The notes beneath the pieces are model-generated. The model searched no databases and was not told the origin of the DNA. It was given only the letters and a program-made list of their open reading frames with translations. A stretch of DNA of 29,004 bases from Hormoscilla sp. (GTDB lineage: Bacteria > Cyanobacteriota > Cyanobacteriia > Cyanobacteriales > Desertifilaceae): assembly GCA_051439505.1 (NCBI GenBank), contig JBFRWI010000063.1, positions 1-29,004 on the forward strand, given 5' to 3'. Shown here in pieces: positions 1 to 9,500 of the stretch (the stretch's first letter is position 1; each line of letters begins with the position of its first letter). The position numbers and the translations under genes were made by a program.

Positions 1-138
1 CAACCGTTGCGCCGCTGTCAGCAACCGGTGCGCCGCTGTCTGCAACCGTTGCGCCGCTGTCTGCAACCGTTGCGCCGCTGTCTGCAACCGTTGCGCCGCT
101 GTCTGCAACCGTTGCGCCGCTGTCTGCAACCGTTGCGC
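1..138. repeat. 21-bp tandem minisatellite (CAACCGTTGCGCCGCTGTCTG)x~6.5, runs off the window edge
   Basis: Units start at 1, 22, 43, 64, 85, 106 and 127. They are near-identical with no spacers and are followed by the inverted-repeat end TGCATGACCACACCC at 156-170. Confidence 0.97.
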
Positions 139-254
139 GGTTGGCTGCAACTCTCTGCATGACCACACCCGGGAGCCGGGAGCCGGAGTAGTACCGGCAT
201 ATACTTAAGAGCGATCGGATAGTTACCGGTCCCTCTCCCGATCGCCCTTCACTG

Positions 255-803
255 CTAAATTGCTTTCTGTTCTACGCCAAAACCGACTAGGACTAGATTC
301 TCTAAGGGTTGATCTTCTGGAGGACGCTGGTAGTTGAGAATCTTGCGGATTCGTAAGTTGGGATTAATCAGTGTAATCGAATCCACGGAGACAACGCGGG
401 TGTAGTAAGTGGTCATTAACAGTTCGAGGTTGCTACTGTCGAAGCGAAAATGAGCTACTATTGGTTTTGCTTCTTCATAAGCCCGATCGCGTAAATAATC
501 TCCTTCTACAATATGTTCCGTTTCCAGAGTTGGCACGAATAGCGTATTCAGTGACTGGGATACCCGATCGCCCTTTTCGGAAACGGTATCAAAAGCCAGA
601 TGATATCCGCACAGGTTTTCAATATTTTGATTACTCTCCTGTTGATTCTGTTCTAACACTTGCACCTTACCGGCAGTCGGCAAGGCTTCGATGTGAAATT
701 CCGTGCGCGATCGCTCTACTTCCCGATCGCTCAGATAATGGTATGTCCGTTCTGTCTGCCACTTGCCGACACAACAATCAAAGAAGTATTGAAATTTCGA
801 CAT
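255..803 (-). CDS. CpcS/CpeS-family (S/U clan, CpcV-like) phycobiliprotein lyase
   Basis: 182 aa with N-terminal FF..CVGKWQTERTYHYL (the GxWxSxRxxH-like motif of CpeS-like lyases), YLRDRAYEE and C-terminal GFGVEQK. It lies 12 bp downstream of a phycobiliprotein gene. Confidence 0.85.
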   Translation of the reverse strand: MSKFQYFFDCCVGKWQTERTYHYLSDREVERSRTEFHIEALPTAGKVQVLEQNQQESNQNIENLCGYHLAFDTVSEKGDRVSQSLNTLFVPTLETEHIVEGDYLRDRAYEEAKPIVAHFRFDSSNLELLMTTYYTRVVSVDSITLINPNLRIRKILNYQRPPEDQPLENLVLVGFGVEQKAI

Positions 804-815
804 TATCTTCCTATT

Positions 816-1400
816 TTATGCTGTCTGGAACTGTCTGAGCTGATTAATCAAATGATCGAAATAGGGCCCGATCGCATCTCCTTCTCCAGGCGTGACCCGC
901 GCTATACTGGCCGCTTTGACGGATTCTAATCCTACTACCATGGCATCCAGAGGCACGCGCAACTCTTGATACAATAATTCCATATAATGCATGCCTTCGG
1001 CACTGGTATACTGGGTATTGCTCCCAGCTATGCCATAGGTGATGCAGCGCAGAAAATGCCAGAAATCTCGCCAACAATTTTCGGCCCGTTTGGCAGGATA
1101 GAGTCCTCCCCCTGGTTTGGTAATATCGGGAAATTCCCCCAAGACTTTTTCTCTAGCTTCATCGACAATTTCTGATGCCCGATCGCGCAGTAACTGGGCG
1201 ATCTTTACCAAAGTCGCTGTTTCTGGTACTAAGGTTTGAATCTGTTCTAACTCCCCATTCGTGAGATAGCGACCTTCATCATCTGCCTTTTGGCAGATTT
1301 CTATTACTACTTGGGGATAGGTTGCTTGCCAACTGTCAAAGCTGACAATTTTGGCTTTAGCTATCAGTTGTTTGACCCGTTCGGACAATTCATTCGTCAT
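816..1400 (-). CDS. aplA: Allophycocyanin-like protein (AplA-type phycobiliprotein)
   Basis: Phycobiliprotein globin motifs ADDEGRYL, PDITKPGGGLYP and ENCWRDFWHFLRCITYG, with Cys at the Cys82/84-equivalent position, plus LYQELRVP. The ~30-aa N-terminal extension and the CWRD variant fit Apl proteins rather than ApcA/B. The start overlaps the upstream stop by 11 nt. Confidence 0.82.
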   Translation of the reverse strand: MTNELSERVKQLIAKAKIVSFDSWQATYPQVVIEICQKADDEGRYLTNGELEQIQTLVPETATLVKIAQLLRDRASEIVDEAREKVLGEFPDITKPGGGLYPAKRAENCWRDFWHFLRCITYGIAGSNTQYTSAEGMHYMELLYQELRVPLDAMVVGLESVKAASIARVTPGEGDAIGPYFDHLINQLRQFQTA

Positions 1401-2259
1401 CGGAATTCTTCCTCTCTATCTGAGCAATGGCGACAGCGAAAACTTGGCTTTCTGACTGGACGCTAGTACCGATTTTGGCTTGCAGAGGTACAATAGCAGC
1501 GACATCACCGATTTTGCCCAAGGCCAAAGCTGCCGCTTTCCTGACTTCACTGCTGTCATCTGCCAGTAAGTTAATTAGTTCGGTAACCGCCGGTCGATGC
1601 CCGACGCTTCCCAAAGCTGTGGCAGCTTCGGCACGCACCTGTTCGGAAGAGTCGGTTAAAGCTGCTAGCAAAAGTTTTAAGGCCCGATCGTCCGCCTCTG
1701 CTTGCACAATATTGGCAAGCGCATTAACTACGGCAGTTCTGACATCAACAGAGTCCTGGGCGATCGCCCCATACAGTTCGTCTCGGGCGGATGGTCCAAT
1801 AAAGGCGATCGCCCAGCTAGCGTGACCTTTTGCCGTTTCCGGGTAATCTCCAGCCAAAACATCCAGCAGGGCCCGCACCGCTTCCGGGCCCATTTTGGCT
1901 AAGGCACCGGCTGCCGAACTGCGAGCAACAGTATCGGAATCGTAGAGTAAAGCTTGAATGAGAATAGGAATAGCTTGCGGGTCGCCAATTTTCGCCAAAC
2001 TCTTGCCACAAGAACGCCGTACTACGGGGTTGGGGTGATGGGCCAGAGAGTCTAGTAAGAAGGGGACGATAGGCGAGCCAATTTTGCCAAATGCTTCGAC
2101 AAAGCCAAATCTGACCATCCCCCGATGGTCTGCTAAGGCGGCCACCAGGCGTTGCAGTAGCTGGGAGTCGCTACTGTCAAAGGTTCCTGCGGCCAGTTCT
2201 GCTTCTATCTGTGCCAGCAAGCGATCGGTTTGCTCTGGCGTCAGTGCTGAGGTTTCCAC
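1390..2259 (-). CDS. HEAT-repeat bilin lyase, E/F clan (CpeF/MpeV/MpeU-like)
   Basis: GTG start, 289 aa. Motifs LADHRGMVRFGFVEAFGKIG, HHPNPVVRR, DSDTVARSSAAGALA and KGHASWAIAFIG resemble CpeF/MpeV-type lyases, and multiple PBS-lyase HEAT repeats are present. The exact paralog cannot be resolved by eye. Confidence 0.8.
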   Translation of the reverse strand: METSALTPEQTDRLLAQIEAELAAGTFDSSDSQLLQRLVAALADHRGMVRFGFVEAFGKIGSPIVPFLLDSLAHHPNPVVRRSCGKSLAKIGDPQAIPILIQALLYDSDTVARSSAAGALAKMGPEAVRALLDVLAGDYPETAKGHASWAIAFIGPSARDELYGAIAQDSVDVRTAVVNALANIVQAEADDRALKLLLAALTDSSEQVRAEAATALGSVGHRPAVTELINLLADDSSEVRKAAALALGKIGDVAAIVPLQAKIGTSVQSESQVFAVAIAQIERKNSDDE

Positions 2260-2393
2260 GATCTGTTAATATGTTATTTATCCGCTGACATAAGTGAGAT
2301 CTCGCTCCCGATCGCGGGGCGAAAGGAAAATCAATCCAGCGATAGAGGCTAATCGGGGACTTTTTCCCTTTTACTGAGAACAGGAGGGGGCTA

Positions 2394-2615
2394 TCAGGTG
2401 GCCCCTTGCCGGGACCGGAGGCGTTCCAGATTGGCATCAATTTTGATAATATCCGGGTGTTTGGCCAATTGCGCCATTGCCTCTTTCTTGGGTAACTTGA
2501 CCCGCTTCGCCATTTCTAGCCCATCGTCGATAATTCGCTGGCGATATTGCTCCAACCCGGCAATCACTTCGGCAATGTCTTCGGCAGATGCTGGCTTCTG
2601 TGTAGTTTCGGACAT
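2394..2615 (-). CDS. Small conserved cyanobacterial helical protein, function unknown
   Basis: 73 aa, ATG start, amphipathic helices (LEQYRQRI...HPDIIKIDANL). Resembles small hypothetical proteins I associate with phycoerythrin gene regions, and is co-oriented with the lyase cluster. Confidence 0.75.
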   Translation of the reverse strand: MSETTQKPASAEDIAEVIAGLEQYRQRIIDDGLEMAKRVKLPKKEAMAQLAKHPDIIKIDANLERLRSRQGAT

Positions 2616-2715
2616 AATCTTCGCTTTCTTGAGGGTAGCCGGATACTATGTTCCCAAATACTGTCCGCAATTGCTACAGTATTAAGAAAATAAGACCCAA
2701 AACATTCACTGTCTT

Positions 2716-3372
2716 ATGAATATATATCAAATCGAAGCAGCTCTGTCTAGTTCCGATTCCAACGATCGCCTCAAGGCGATCGCCCAACTGAGAGGTTACA
2801 ACCCCAAGCAAGCAGTCCCCCTGCTGCGGAGCAAACTGCGGGATCCCGAGTTTCTGGTGCGTTCCTTTGTAGCCATGGGACTGGGACGCCAGCAGACGCC
2901 AGAGTCTTTTACCGCTTTGCTGGAGTTAATGAAGTGCGATCGAGACCCGAATGTGCGGGCGGAAGCTGCCAACTCCCTGTCCATGTTTGGGAAAATAGCA
3001 GCATCTCATCTAGTGCTGGCATTTCACCAGGACGACCACTGGTTAGTGCGGCGCAGCATTCTGGCCGCCTTGTGCGAAATGCCCTGCCCCGAAGAACTGT
3101 TCGATGTCTGCGTGTGCGGTCTGGCAGGGGAAGACCTCACCGTCCGAGAAGCAGCAATTGATGGATTGGCCGTGCTAGCTGGTGGGAATAAGCAAGCATC
3201 GGTATTGCAGCAACTCCTGCCCCTGGTGAATGCTTCCGAGTGGCGCACCAGAGCTAGAGTTGCCAAGGCTCTGAGAAAATTTGACGATCCTAAAGCTAAG
3301 TCTGCTATTAGCTATATGATGAAGGATGAAGACCATCGGGTGGTAGCAGCGGCTCTAGAAAGTTCTCTGTAA
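2716..3372 (+). CDS. nblB: NblB-like HEAT-repeat protein (phycobilisome degradation / lyase-related)
   Basis: 218 aa with HEAT repeats DPEFLVRSFVAMGLG, DRDPNVRAEAANSLS and DDHWLVRRSILAAL. Size and motifs match NblB-family paralogs. Confidence 0.72.
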   Translation: MNIYQIEAALSSSDSNDRLKAIAQLRGYNPKQAVPLLRSKLRDPEFLVRSFVAMGLGRQQTPESFTALLELMKCDRDPNVRAEAANSLSMFGKIAASHLVLAFHQDDHWLVRRSILAALCEMPCPEELFDVCVCGLAGEDLTVREAAIDGLAVLAGGNKQASVLQQLLPLVNASEWRTRARVAKALRKFDDPKAKSAISYMMKDEDHRVVAAALESSL

Positions 3373-3375
3373 TGC

Positions 3376-3417
3376 TAGTGGTTAGTTGTCAGTTGTGGGT
3401 GGTCAGTTGTAAGTGGT
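3376..3417. repeat. STRR-like heptamer tandem repeat (NAGTKGT x6)
   Basis: TAGTGGT TAGTTGT CAGTTGT GGGTGGT CAGTTGT AAGTGGT, directly after the stop codon. Typical of filamentous cyanobacteria. Confidence 0.8.
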
Positions 3418-3512
3418 TATACTAATCACTGACATCACTTGGGGCGAAGCTAATCGCCTACCGTTATAAGCCTTCAACCCTCAAGCTGACCGATCAAAAC
3501 TGACCGCTAAAA

Positions 3513-3526
3513 GTATTTTTATATAC
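3513..3526 (+). promoter_or_regulatory. Distal NtcA consensus box
   Basis: GTA-TTTTTATA-TAC is an exact GTA-N8-TAC match, ~190 bp upstream of an Amt-domain gene. Confidence 0.5.
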
Positions 3527-3530
3527 TTAC

Positions 3531-3567
3531 AGGGTGTGGTCATGCATTTGTTGCATGACCACACCCT
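3531..3567. repeat. Perfect 16-bp inverted repeat made of two GGGTGTGGTCATGCA ends (minimal MITE-like element)
   Basis: AGGGTGTGGTCATGCA-tttgt-TGCATGACCACACCCT. The same end sequence occurs at 156-170, with related ends at 28363, 28458 and 28596. Confidence 0.85.
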
Positions 3568-3645
3568 AATCGACCGACTCTCTCGGCGCTTTCGCGCCTG
3601 GGAAGCACGCTTCGTGCTGACTGACTACGAAGATTAGCAAAAAAC

Positions 3646-3688
3646 TGTATAGAAATTGACAAAAACATCCGAAAAAAAGTGGAATAAT
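3646..3688 (+). promoter_or_regulatory. Putative NtcA class II promoter
   Basis: tGTA-TAGAAATT-GACa (3646-3661, GT-N10-AC with TGT/ACA flanks). After 22 nt comes AATAAT (3683-3688), preceded by TG as an extended -10, which is canonical NtcA spacing. Confidence 0.55.
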
Positions 3689-3718
3689 AGCAGAGTAAAG
3701 CTATGCTCGGATGTTACT

Positions 3719-6403
3719 GTGATAAATATTCTATGGCTTCTGCTTTGTTCTGGCTTGGTATTCCTAATGCAACCAGGGTTTATGTGCCTGGAGTCGGGAC
3801 TGACGCGATCGAAAAACAGTATTAATGTGGCTGTCAAGAATTTGGCAGACTTTGGCATATCGGTGGCCTTATTCTGGGCTTTCGGTTATGCCCTGATGTT
3901 TGGCTCATCTTGGGCAGGATGGCTGGGATATGAGGGATTCTTGACCCACATAGACTCCTCTCCAGAACTGGCAGCCTTCTTTCTGTTCCAGATGATGTTT
4001 TGCAGCACCGCAACGACGATAGTGTCTGGGGCGGTGGCAGAAAGGATGAAGTTCAGTGCCTATCTGCTCGTCTCTTGTTTGGTTTCTGGTCTGATTTATC
4101 CAATGTTCGGTCATTGGGCTTGGAATGGGCTAAGTTCGGGAAATTTGACGGGTTGGCTGGGCTCACTGGGATTTGTGGATGCGGCTGGGGCGACGGTGGT
4201 TCATAGTATCGGGGGATGGGTGTCTTTGGCAGTTTTGCTGGTTGTAGGTCCGCGCCACGGTCGCTTCCCAGCCGATGGACCTGTACGCAAAATTCAAGGC
4301 TCGAATCTCCAACTTTCGGTATTGGGGGCAATGCTGTTGTGGCTGGGTTGGCTGGGCTTTAATGGCGGCAGCACTTTGGCATTAAATGATTATGTACCCG
4401 GAACGATCGCCAATACGGTATTGGCTGGGGTCGGAGGTATGATGGCAGCAGGAGGGATTAGTTGGTACCAGCGCCAGGTGCCGGAAGTGGAGTCTCTGAT
4501 CAATGGCTCGATCGCGGGACTGGTATCGATAACGGCTTCCTGTCAGGTGGTGACGACTCCAGAGGCGTTCGCGATCGGGGCCATAGGGGCGGCGGTGATG
4601 ATGTCGGTCAGCTATTGGTTAGAACGCTGGCAAATTGATGATGCTGTCGATGCGGTGGCGGTTCACGCCGGGGCTGGGGTCTGGGGGACTATAGCCGTGG
4701 CATTATTTGGCAATCTGCAGTTGCTGCACAGCGGTCTGAGTAGAGGCGACCAGTTGTGGGTGCAGTTGCTGTCGGTGGCGATCGCATTTATCTGGGCTTT
4801 CGGCATTACTTACCTGCTGCTATCTGCGATCGATCGTTTATTTCCCCTGCGAGTCTCTGCCGAAGCTGAAGCTATGGGTCTGAACGTTTCCGAACATGAA
4901 GCGAAAACGGAAATCTACGATCTGTTTCAAGTCATGGATCATCAAGCGGCAACTAAAGATTTAAGCTTGCGAGTGCCAGTAGAACCCTTTACCGAGGTGG
5001 GACATATTGCTGCCCGTTACAACCAAGTAATGGATGCCTTGTCGGCAGCAGTGACCCGGACGGAAGTAATAATTAAAACAGCTACAGATGCAATTATTAC
5101 TTTTAGTCAGTCAACGCTGGAAATCCTGACAGCGAATCCCAGTGCGTCGGAAATATTTGGCTATTCGGTCAGTAGCTTGGAAGGAATGTACATTAGTCAA
5201 TTGCTGGAATGGCCAACTAATAATGCCAGTGAGAGAAAACTGTTGCTGGATAAGTGGTTGCAGTCAGGACGTCATGAAGTGGTGGGACTGCGGGCAGATG
5301 GGAAAAATGTGACCCTGGAAATTACGGTAACGGAAGGGATGGTGGATGAACGGGCGTTCTACACGGGCATGTTTCGGGATATATCTGACCGAAAAAGAGC
5401 AGAAGAAGCTTTGCAGCAAGCGGCAGATGTTTTACAGACATCCCTAGAATTCCAGGATAAAAATCGGCAACTGGAAAGCACTTTGTCCGAACTGAAAAAG
5501 GCCCAATCCCAATTGATTCACTCTGAGAAAATGTCGAGTCTGGGACAGTTGGTAGCAGGAGTGGCCCATGAAATAAATAATCCGGTAAATTTCATATTTG
5601 GCAATCTGACTTATGCTTGGGAATACACTCAAGAATTACTGGAAGTAGTAAATATATATCGGCAGCAATACCCAGAGCCGACAGTTGCAATAGAGGAGAA
5701 AATAGCAATCGACGAACTGGATTTTATGATTGAGGACTTGCCGAAACTGATAGACTCGATGAAGGTGGGGGCCGATCGGATCCGGGAAATAGTTAAATCC
5801 TTGCGCACTTTCTCTCGCCTGGATGAAGCAGAACTCAAACAGGTGGATCTTCATGTAGGCATCGAAAGCACCTTGATGATTCTGCAAAATAATATTAAGG
5901 GAAAACTGGGAAAACGGAGCGTCGAGGTGTTCAAGGAGTATGGTAACCTCCCCTTGGTAGAATGCTACGCGGGACAGCTAAACCAGGTGTTTATGAATAT
6001 CCTCAGTAATGCGATCGATGCTTTGCAAATGGAAAAACCAGAGCCAACGGGAAATTGCCAAGCTCCCAAGTATTGCAAAATCCCGAAAATTTGGATTAAA
6101 ACAGAGGTGAAAGATAGCGATCGGGTAAGGATCCGCATTCAGGATAACGGTCCGGGCATGACTGATGAGGTAATGAGGAAGCTGTTCGACCCCTTCTTTA
6201 CTACCAAACCTGTGGGCAAGGGTACGGGTTTGGGTTTGTCTATTAGTTATCAAATAGTCGTGGACAAGCATGGGGGCAAGATGATTTGTAATTCGGCACC
6301 AGGAGAAGGAGCAGAGTTTCTCATAGAAATTCCCGTTCGGCAGGTTCGCGACCCTGTTGAGGAAAAATCAAAAACCTGCCAATACGCGGAACAACCAGAT
6401 TGA
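3719..6403 (+). CDS. amt: Ammonium transporter (Amt) - HAMP-like linker - PAS - histidine kinase fusion
   Basis: Amt motifs [34 protein letters not shown] and [13 protein letters not shown] segment [17 protein letters not shown]-box [10 protein letters not shown] and N/G1/F/G2 boxes ([26 protein letters not shown]). GTG 3719 is preferred over TTG 3656 because it begins the first TM helix and lies downstream of the putative promoter. Confidence 0.95.
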   Translation: MINILWLLLCSGLVFLMQPGFMCLESGLTRSKNSINVAVKNLADFGISVALFWAFGYALMFGSSWAGWLGYEGFLTHIDSSPELAAFFLFQMMFCSTATTIVSGAVAERMKFSAYLLVSCLVSGLIYPMFGHWAWNGLSSGNLTGWLGSLGFVDAAGATVVHSIGGWVSLAVLLVVGPRHGRFPADGPVRKIQGSNLQLSVLGAMLLWLGWLGFNGGSTLALNDYVPGTIANTVLAGVGGMMAAGGISWYQRQVPEVESLINGSIAGLVSITASCQVVTTPEAFAIGAIGAAVMMSVSYWLERWQIDDAVDAVAVHAGAGVWGTIAVALFGNLQLLHSGLSRGDQLWVQLLSVAIAFIWAFGITYLLLSAIDRLFPLRVSAEAEAMGLNVSEHEAKTEIYDLFQVMDHQAATKDLSLRVPVEPFTEVGHIAARYNQVMDALSAAVTRTEVIIKTATDAIITFSQSTLEILTANPSASEIFGYSVSSLEGMYISQLLEWPTNNASERKLLLDKWLQSGRHEVVGLRADGKNVTLEITVTEGMVDERAFYTGMFRDISDRKRAEEALQQAADVLQTSLEFQDKNRQLESTLSELKKAQSQLIHSEKMSSLGQLVAGVAHEINNPVNFIFGNLTYAWEYTQELLEVVNIYRQQYPEPTVAIEEKIAIDELDFMIEDLPKLIDSMKVGADRIREIVKSLRTFSRLDEAELKQVDLHVGIESTLMILQNNIKGKLGKRSVEVFKEYGNLPLVECYAGQLNQVFMNILSNAIDALQMEKPEPTGNCQAPKYCKIPKIWIKTEVKDSDRVRIRIQDNGPGMTDEVMRKLFDPFFTTKPVGKGTGLGLSISYQIVVDKHGGKMICNSAPGEGAEFLIEIPVRQVRDPVEEKSKTCQYAEQPD

Positions 6404-6530
6404 TACCGTTAATGAGAATAGATCCAGGGTAGCATCTCAATGCAAGCATTGGCGAGTTGATTAAATTTTCGGCTTACTATTGCCCTCGCCAGCGGATTCA
6501 ACTGACAGTGAACAATTTACCATTCACAAA

Positions 6531-9500
6531 TTAAAATAAGCACTTCAGCAGACGGGGACAAAGGTTAACTATCTCCTGAAAGTTTTCCCGGGGCAAAGTG
6601 AGCAATTTACAATCATCACTATCAGCTATCATGGTAGCGGGAAGGGGATAATCTCCAAATAAGCCTGTCTCACCCCAATGCTGACCGACTATTAACTGCT
6701 GCGGTTCGGCTTCTCCCGAAGCATCGGGCTCCACCAGAGAGAAACTGCCTTTGTAAACAATGTACAATTGGCTCCCCGGAGTCTCAGCGGCGCAGATCTG
6801 CTCGTTAGCCGCGCACTCCTGAAGTTTCAAAGCTTCTTGCACTTGCAATAGTTCGTCGAAGGACAAACTCTCTAGCAAGGGAATGGTCTTCAGAAATAGC
6901 ACCTGATACAAAAAGAAGTCCTCTTGGGGTTGCCGATCGGGCAGGGGAGTGGTAAGGTAGGCCACTGCTGCCTGCATCAAAGCGTCCTGGTGAGCCCTTA
7001 AATACTCTGGCACTGGCTGGTTTGTATTAGCTAGCAGGGCCACAATTTGAATCCAGCGATCGCCCGATTCCAGAGCCTCTTCCAGCATAACTCCGATCGC
7101 TCCATTGCTTGTATTAATCGGACGCTCCTGTTCTCCATCGGTTCGTTCCAGCAAAGGAATGATCGGCAGCACAAAGCGCCTGTTTCTCATAGAAGCCAGA
7201 GTTTCCAAAGCATCAGCCCGCTTGACCGGGTCTTTGGAGTCGAGCACTTCCCGGACGTAACTGAGGGTGCCTTCCCGGTCGAGAGAGGCCAGCACGTGCA
7301 TGACTCGCTGGATCAGGCGAGCGTGGTAATCTGCGATCGCGATCTTGAAAGCTTGCCAGCGCAGATCGTCGTCCGGCAGAACTTCTATCCAGTTGAGGGT
7401 GCGCGGCACCAGGCGGTAATCTGACTTCAAATAGCTATAGAGGATTTTTCTGCTGCTGCGGCTCCCCACTTTGGCCACTGCTGCCACTGCGGCTTCCACC
7501 ACCTCCTGGCGGGGCGAGTACAGCAGAGGCTGCACTAAAGGCAGGCTAATTGTGCCATAATTTGCCAAAGCCTGAGCGGCCTGCAACCGCACTGCCAAAT
7601 TCGGGTGTTCCAAAGATGCCGCCACTTGATTTAAGACAGTGGGACTGCGCACCACCCCTAGCAGATGCAGGGCCGTCGCCCGCACCAGGGAGTCAGCATG
7701 ACCCAGTTCTGCTACGGCCAATTCTGCGAGACCTAAGTCCCCAGGCCGCGCCAGTTCCGTCAAAGCTTCCAACCCCGAACGTTTCACCTCAGCGGGGGCA
7801 TCGATCAGGACCTTCTCCAGCAAGGGTATTAACGCCCGGTTGCCACTGCTGTGGATGGACCGAATCACTACTTCCCGGGTACTGTTGGACAGTTGGGACT
7901 GCCAAATTCGATCGCAGGCTGCTACTATTTCGGGGTCGCGGATCTCTGCCTGGGAAGCGGCAACGCAGGCCACTGCCTGAACTTCTGAGGCCGCAGCTAC
8001 CAGGGAGGATATTTCTGCTGCACTGAGAAGCTGTTTTTCTGGCTCTAAAATCGAAGCCATTGCTTTGAGGGGAGTTTGCTTGAGCTTCTGATTGATTTCT
8101 ACATATATTAGAGGCTGTCTTTGGGACTCTAGGATCTGAGTGATTGCTTTGAAGGGAGTTTTTCTCAGCAGGTGGCGGATTTCCGCATTGGTTACGGACT
8201 GCTTGCTAGCAATTAAAGCTTCCAAAGCAATCAGTTGCAACTGATAGTTATCTGATGCTAGGAGACTCCCCAGGTAACGAGTGATGTTCGGATGGCTGCT
8301 GCTAGTGAGAAACTTGACTACCGCTGGTATAATTGTGCGATCGACATCGGCCACCAAGAATCGATCGACTTCCCACAATACTATGCGGGGTTCTTCGAGG
8401 CGGGCTGCTAATTCTAATCCATTGATTTGAGCGTTGACTTCGCTGCTGTTGAGCAGTTTGCGGACTTGGCTGCTATAGTTGGATGGCAACTTGGTTAATC
8501 CCACACTGACATCAGACAGCTTGACTGAATCTGAGTTCAACAGGGCTAGCAGGGACGTGACGTAGCTCTTGCCCTGTTTGTAGCGCACCACCAGAAATAC
8601 ACCGATCAAGCCTATGCCAATTAATGTCATCTGATTCTGGGTCAGCCTCCCTTGGCAGGTCCACAGAAACAGCCCGGCCACAGCTACCCCAATTGAATAG
8701 AATAAACCATCCCCGAGCACCCGTACCCGTCCCACATAGTCATGGGGAACCGCGTTATAGTTCAAGGTATGGATGGGCCTGTTGATAGATTTAGACAGAG
8801 AATCATTGTTGATGTTAGCAAAGATCGCCGTGGGCAGACCAAAGTTAAGGGCCAGCCCCAAGAAGCTGATAAAAGTAGTCATCGGATAGGCCAAATTCAT
8901 CCGAGTCACTCCCAGTCGCCAGAGGAGGGGCTGGGTACATAAGCCCAGGACCGCCAGTTGCAAGATGTTATTCACTCCCCACATCTGTCCCAGGAAGGCC
9001 GCCAGTTTTTGAGCGTCGGGGAATACTCGCGAGTACATGCTCAAATATTGAAACTCGGCCATGCTATAGATGAGCATCACGAGTAGGGTGCTAGCGGAGA
9101 TGAAAAAGACGATCGGAGTCTGCTTTACCAGGGCCGGGAAGCTTTTCAGTTCTGCTATCAGCCCAGTCTTTGCCTTAGGTTTCGTCACCTTCAAGGGTTT
9201 TTCCGTGCGTTGCAGGTAAACTAGCTGACCTATTAACACGGCATCTAGGACGGGAACGCTGAGTAGCATATTTTCCGTTGTCAAGTAGCCTGAAAGCAAA
9301 GCCGTCAGACCAGCGCCCAGCAGACCACCTACCCCCTGAGCCATTGCTAGTAGAGGCACGCAACGTTTATATTCCAGAGAGGTAAAATAGTCCGATACCA
9401 AGCTGTTAAACAGGATGTCAAGCAATGTCCATTGGAAGTAGAAGACAATGAAGATGGTGTAATATACTGGCAGGGCGTTCCAACTCACCATTATCCGCAG

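Noticed and set aside
1..200. ORF 18..200 (RQRRNGC repeats), and a CRISPR reading of the 21-bp arrays
   Set aside because: The peptide is just the translation of a stop-free minisatellite, and the arrays have no spacers.
3656..3718. N-terminal extension of the Amt-kinase from TTG 3656
   Set aside because: It overlaps the putative NtcA box and -10 element, and Amt-like sequence begins at GTG 3719.
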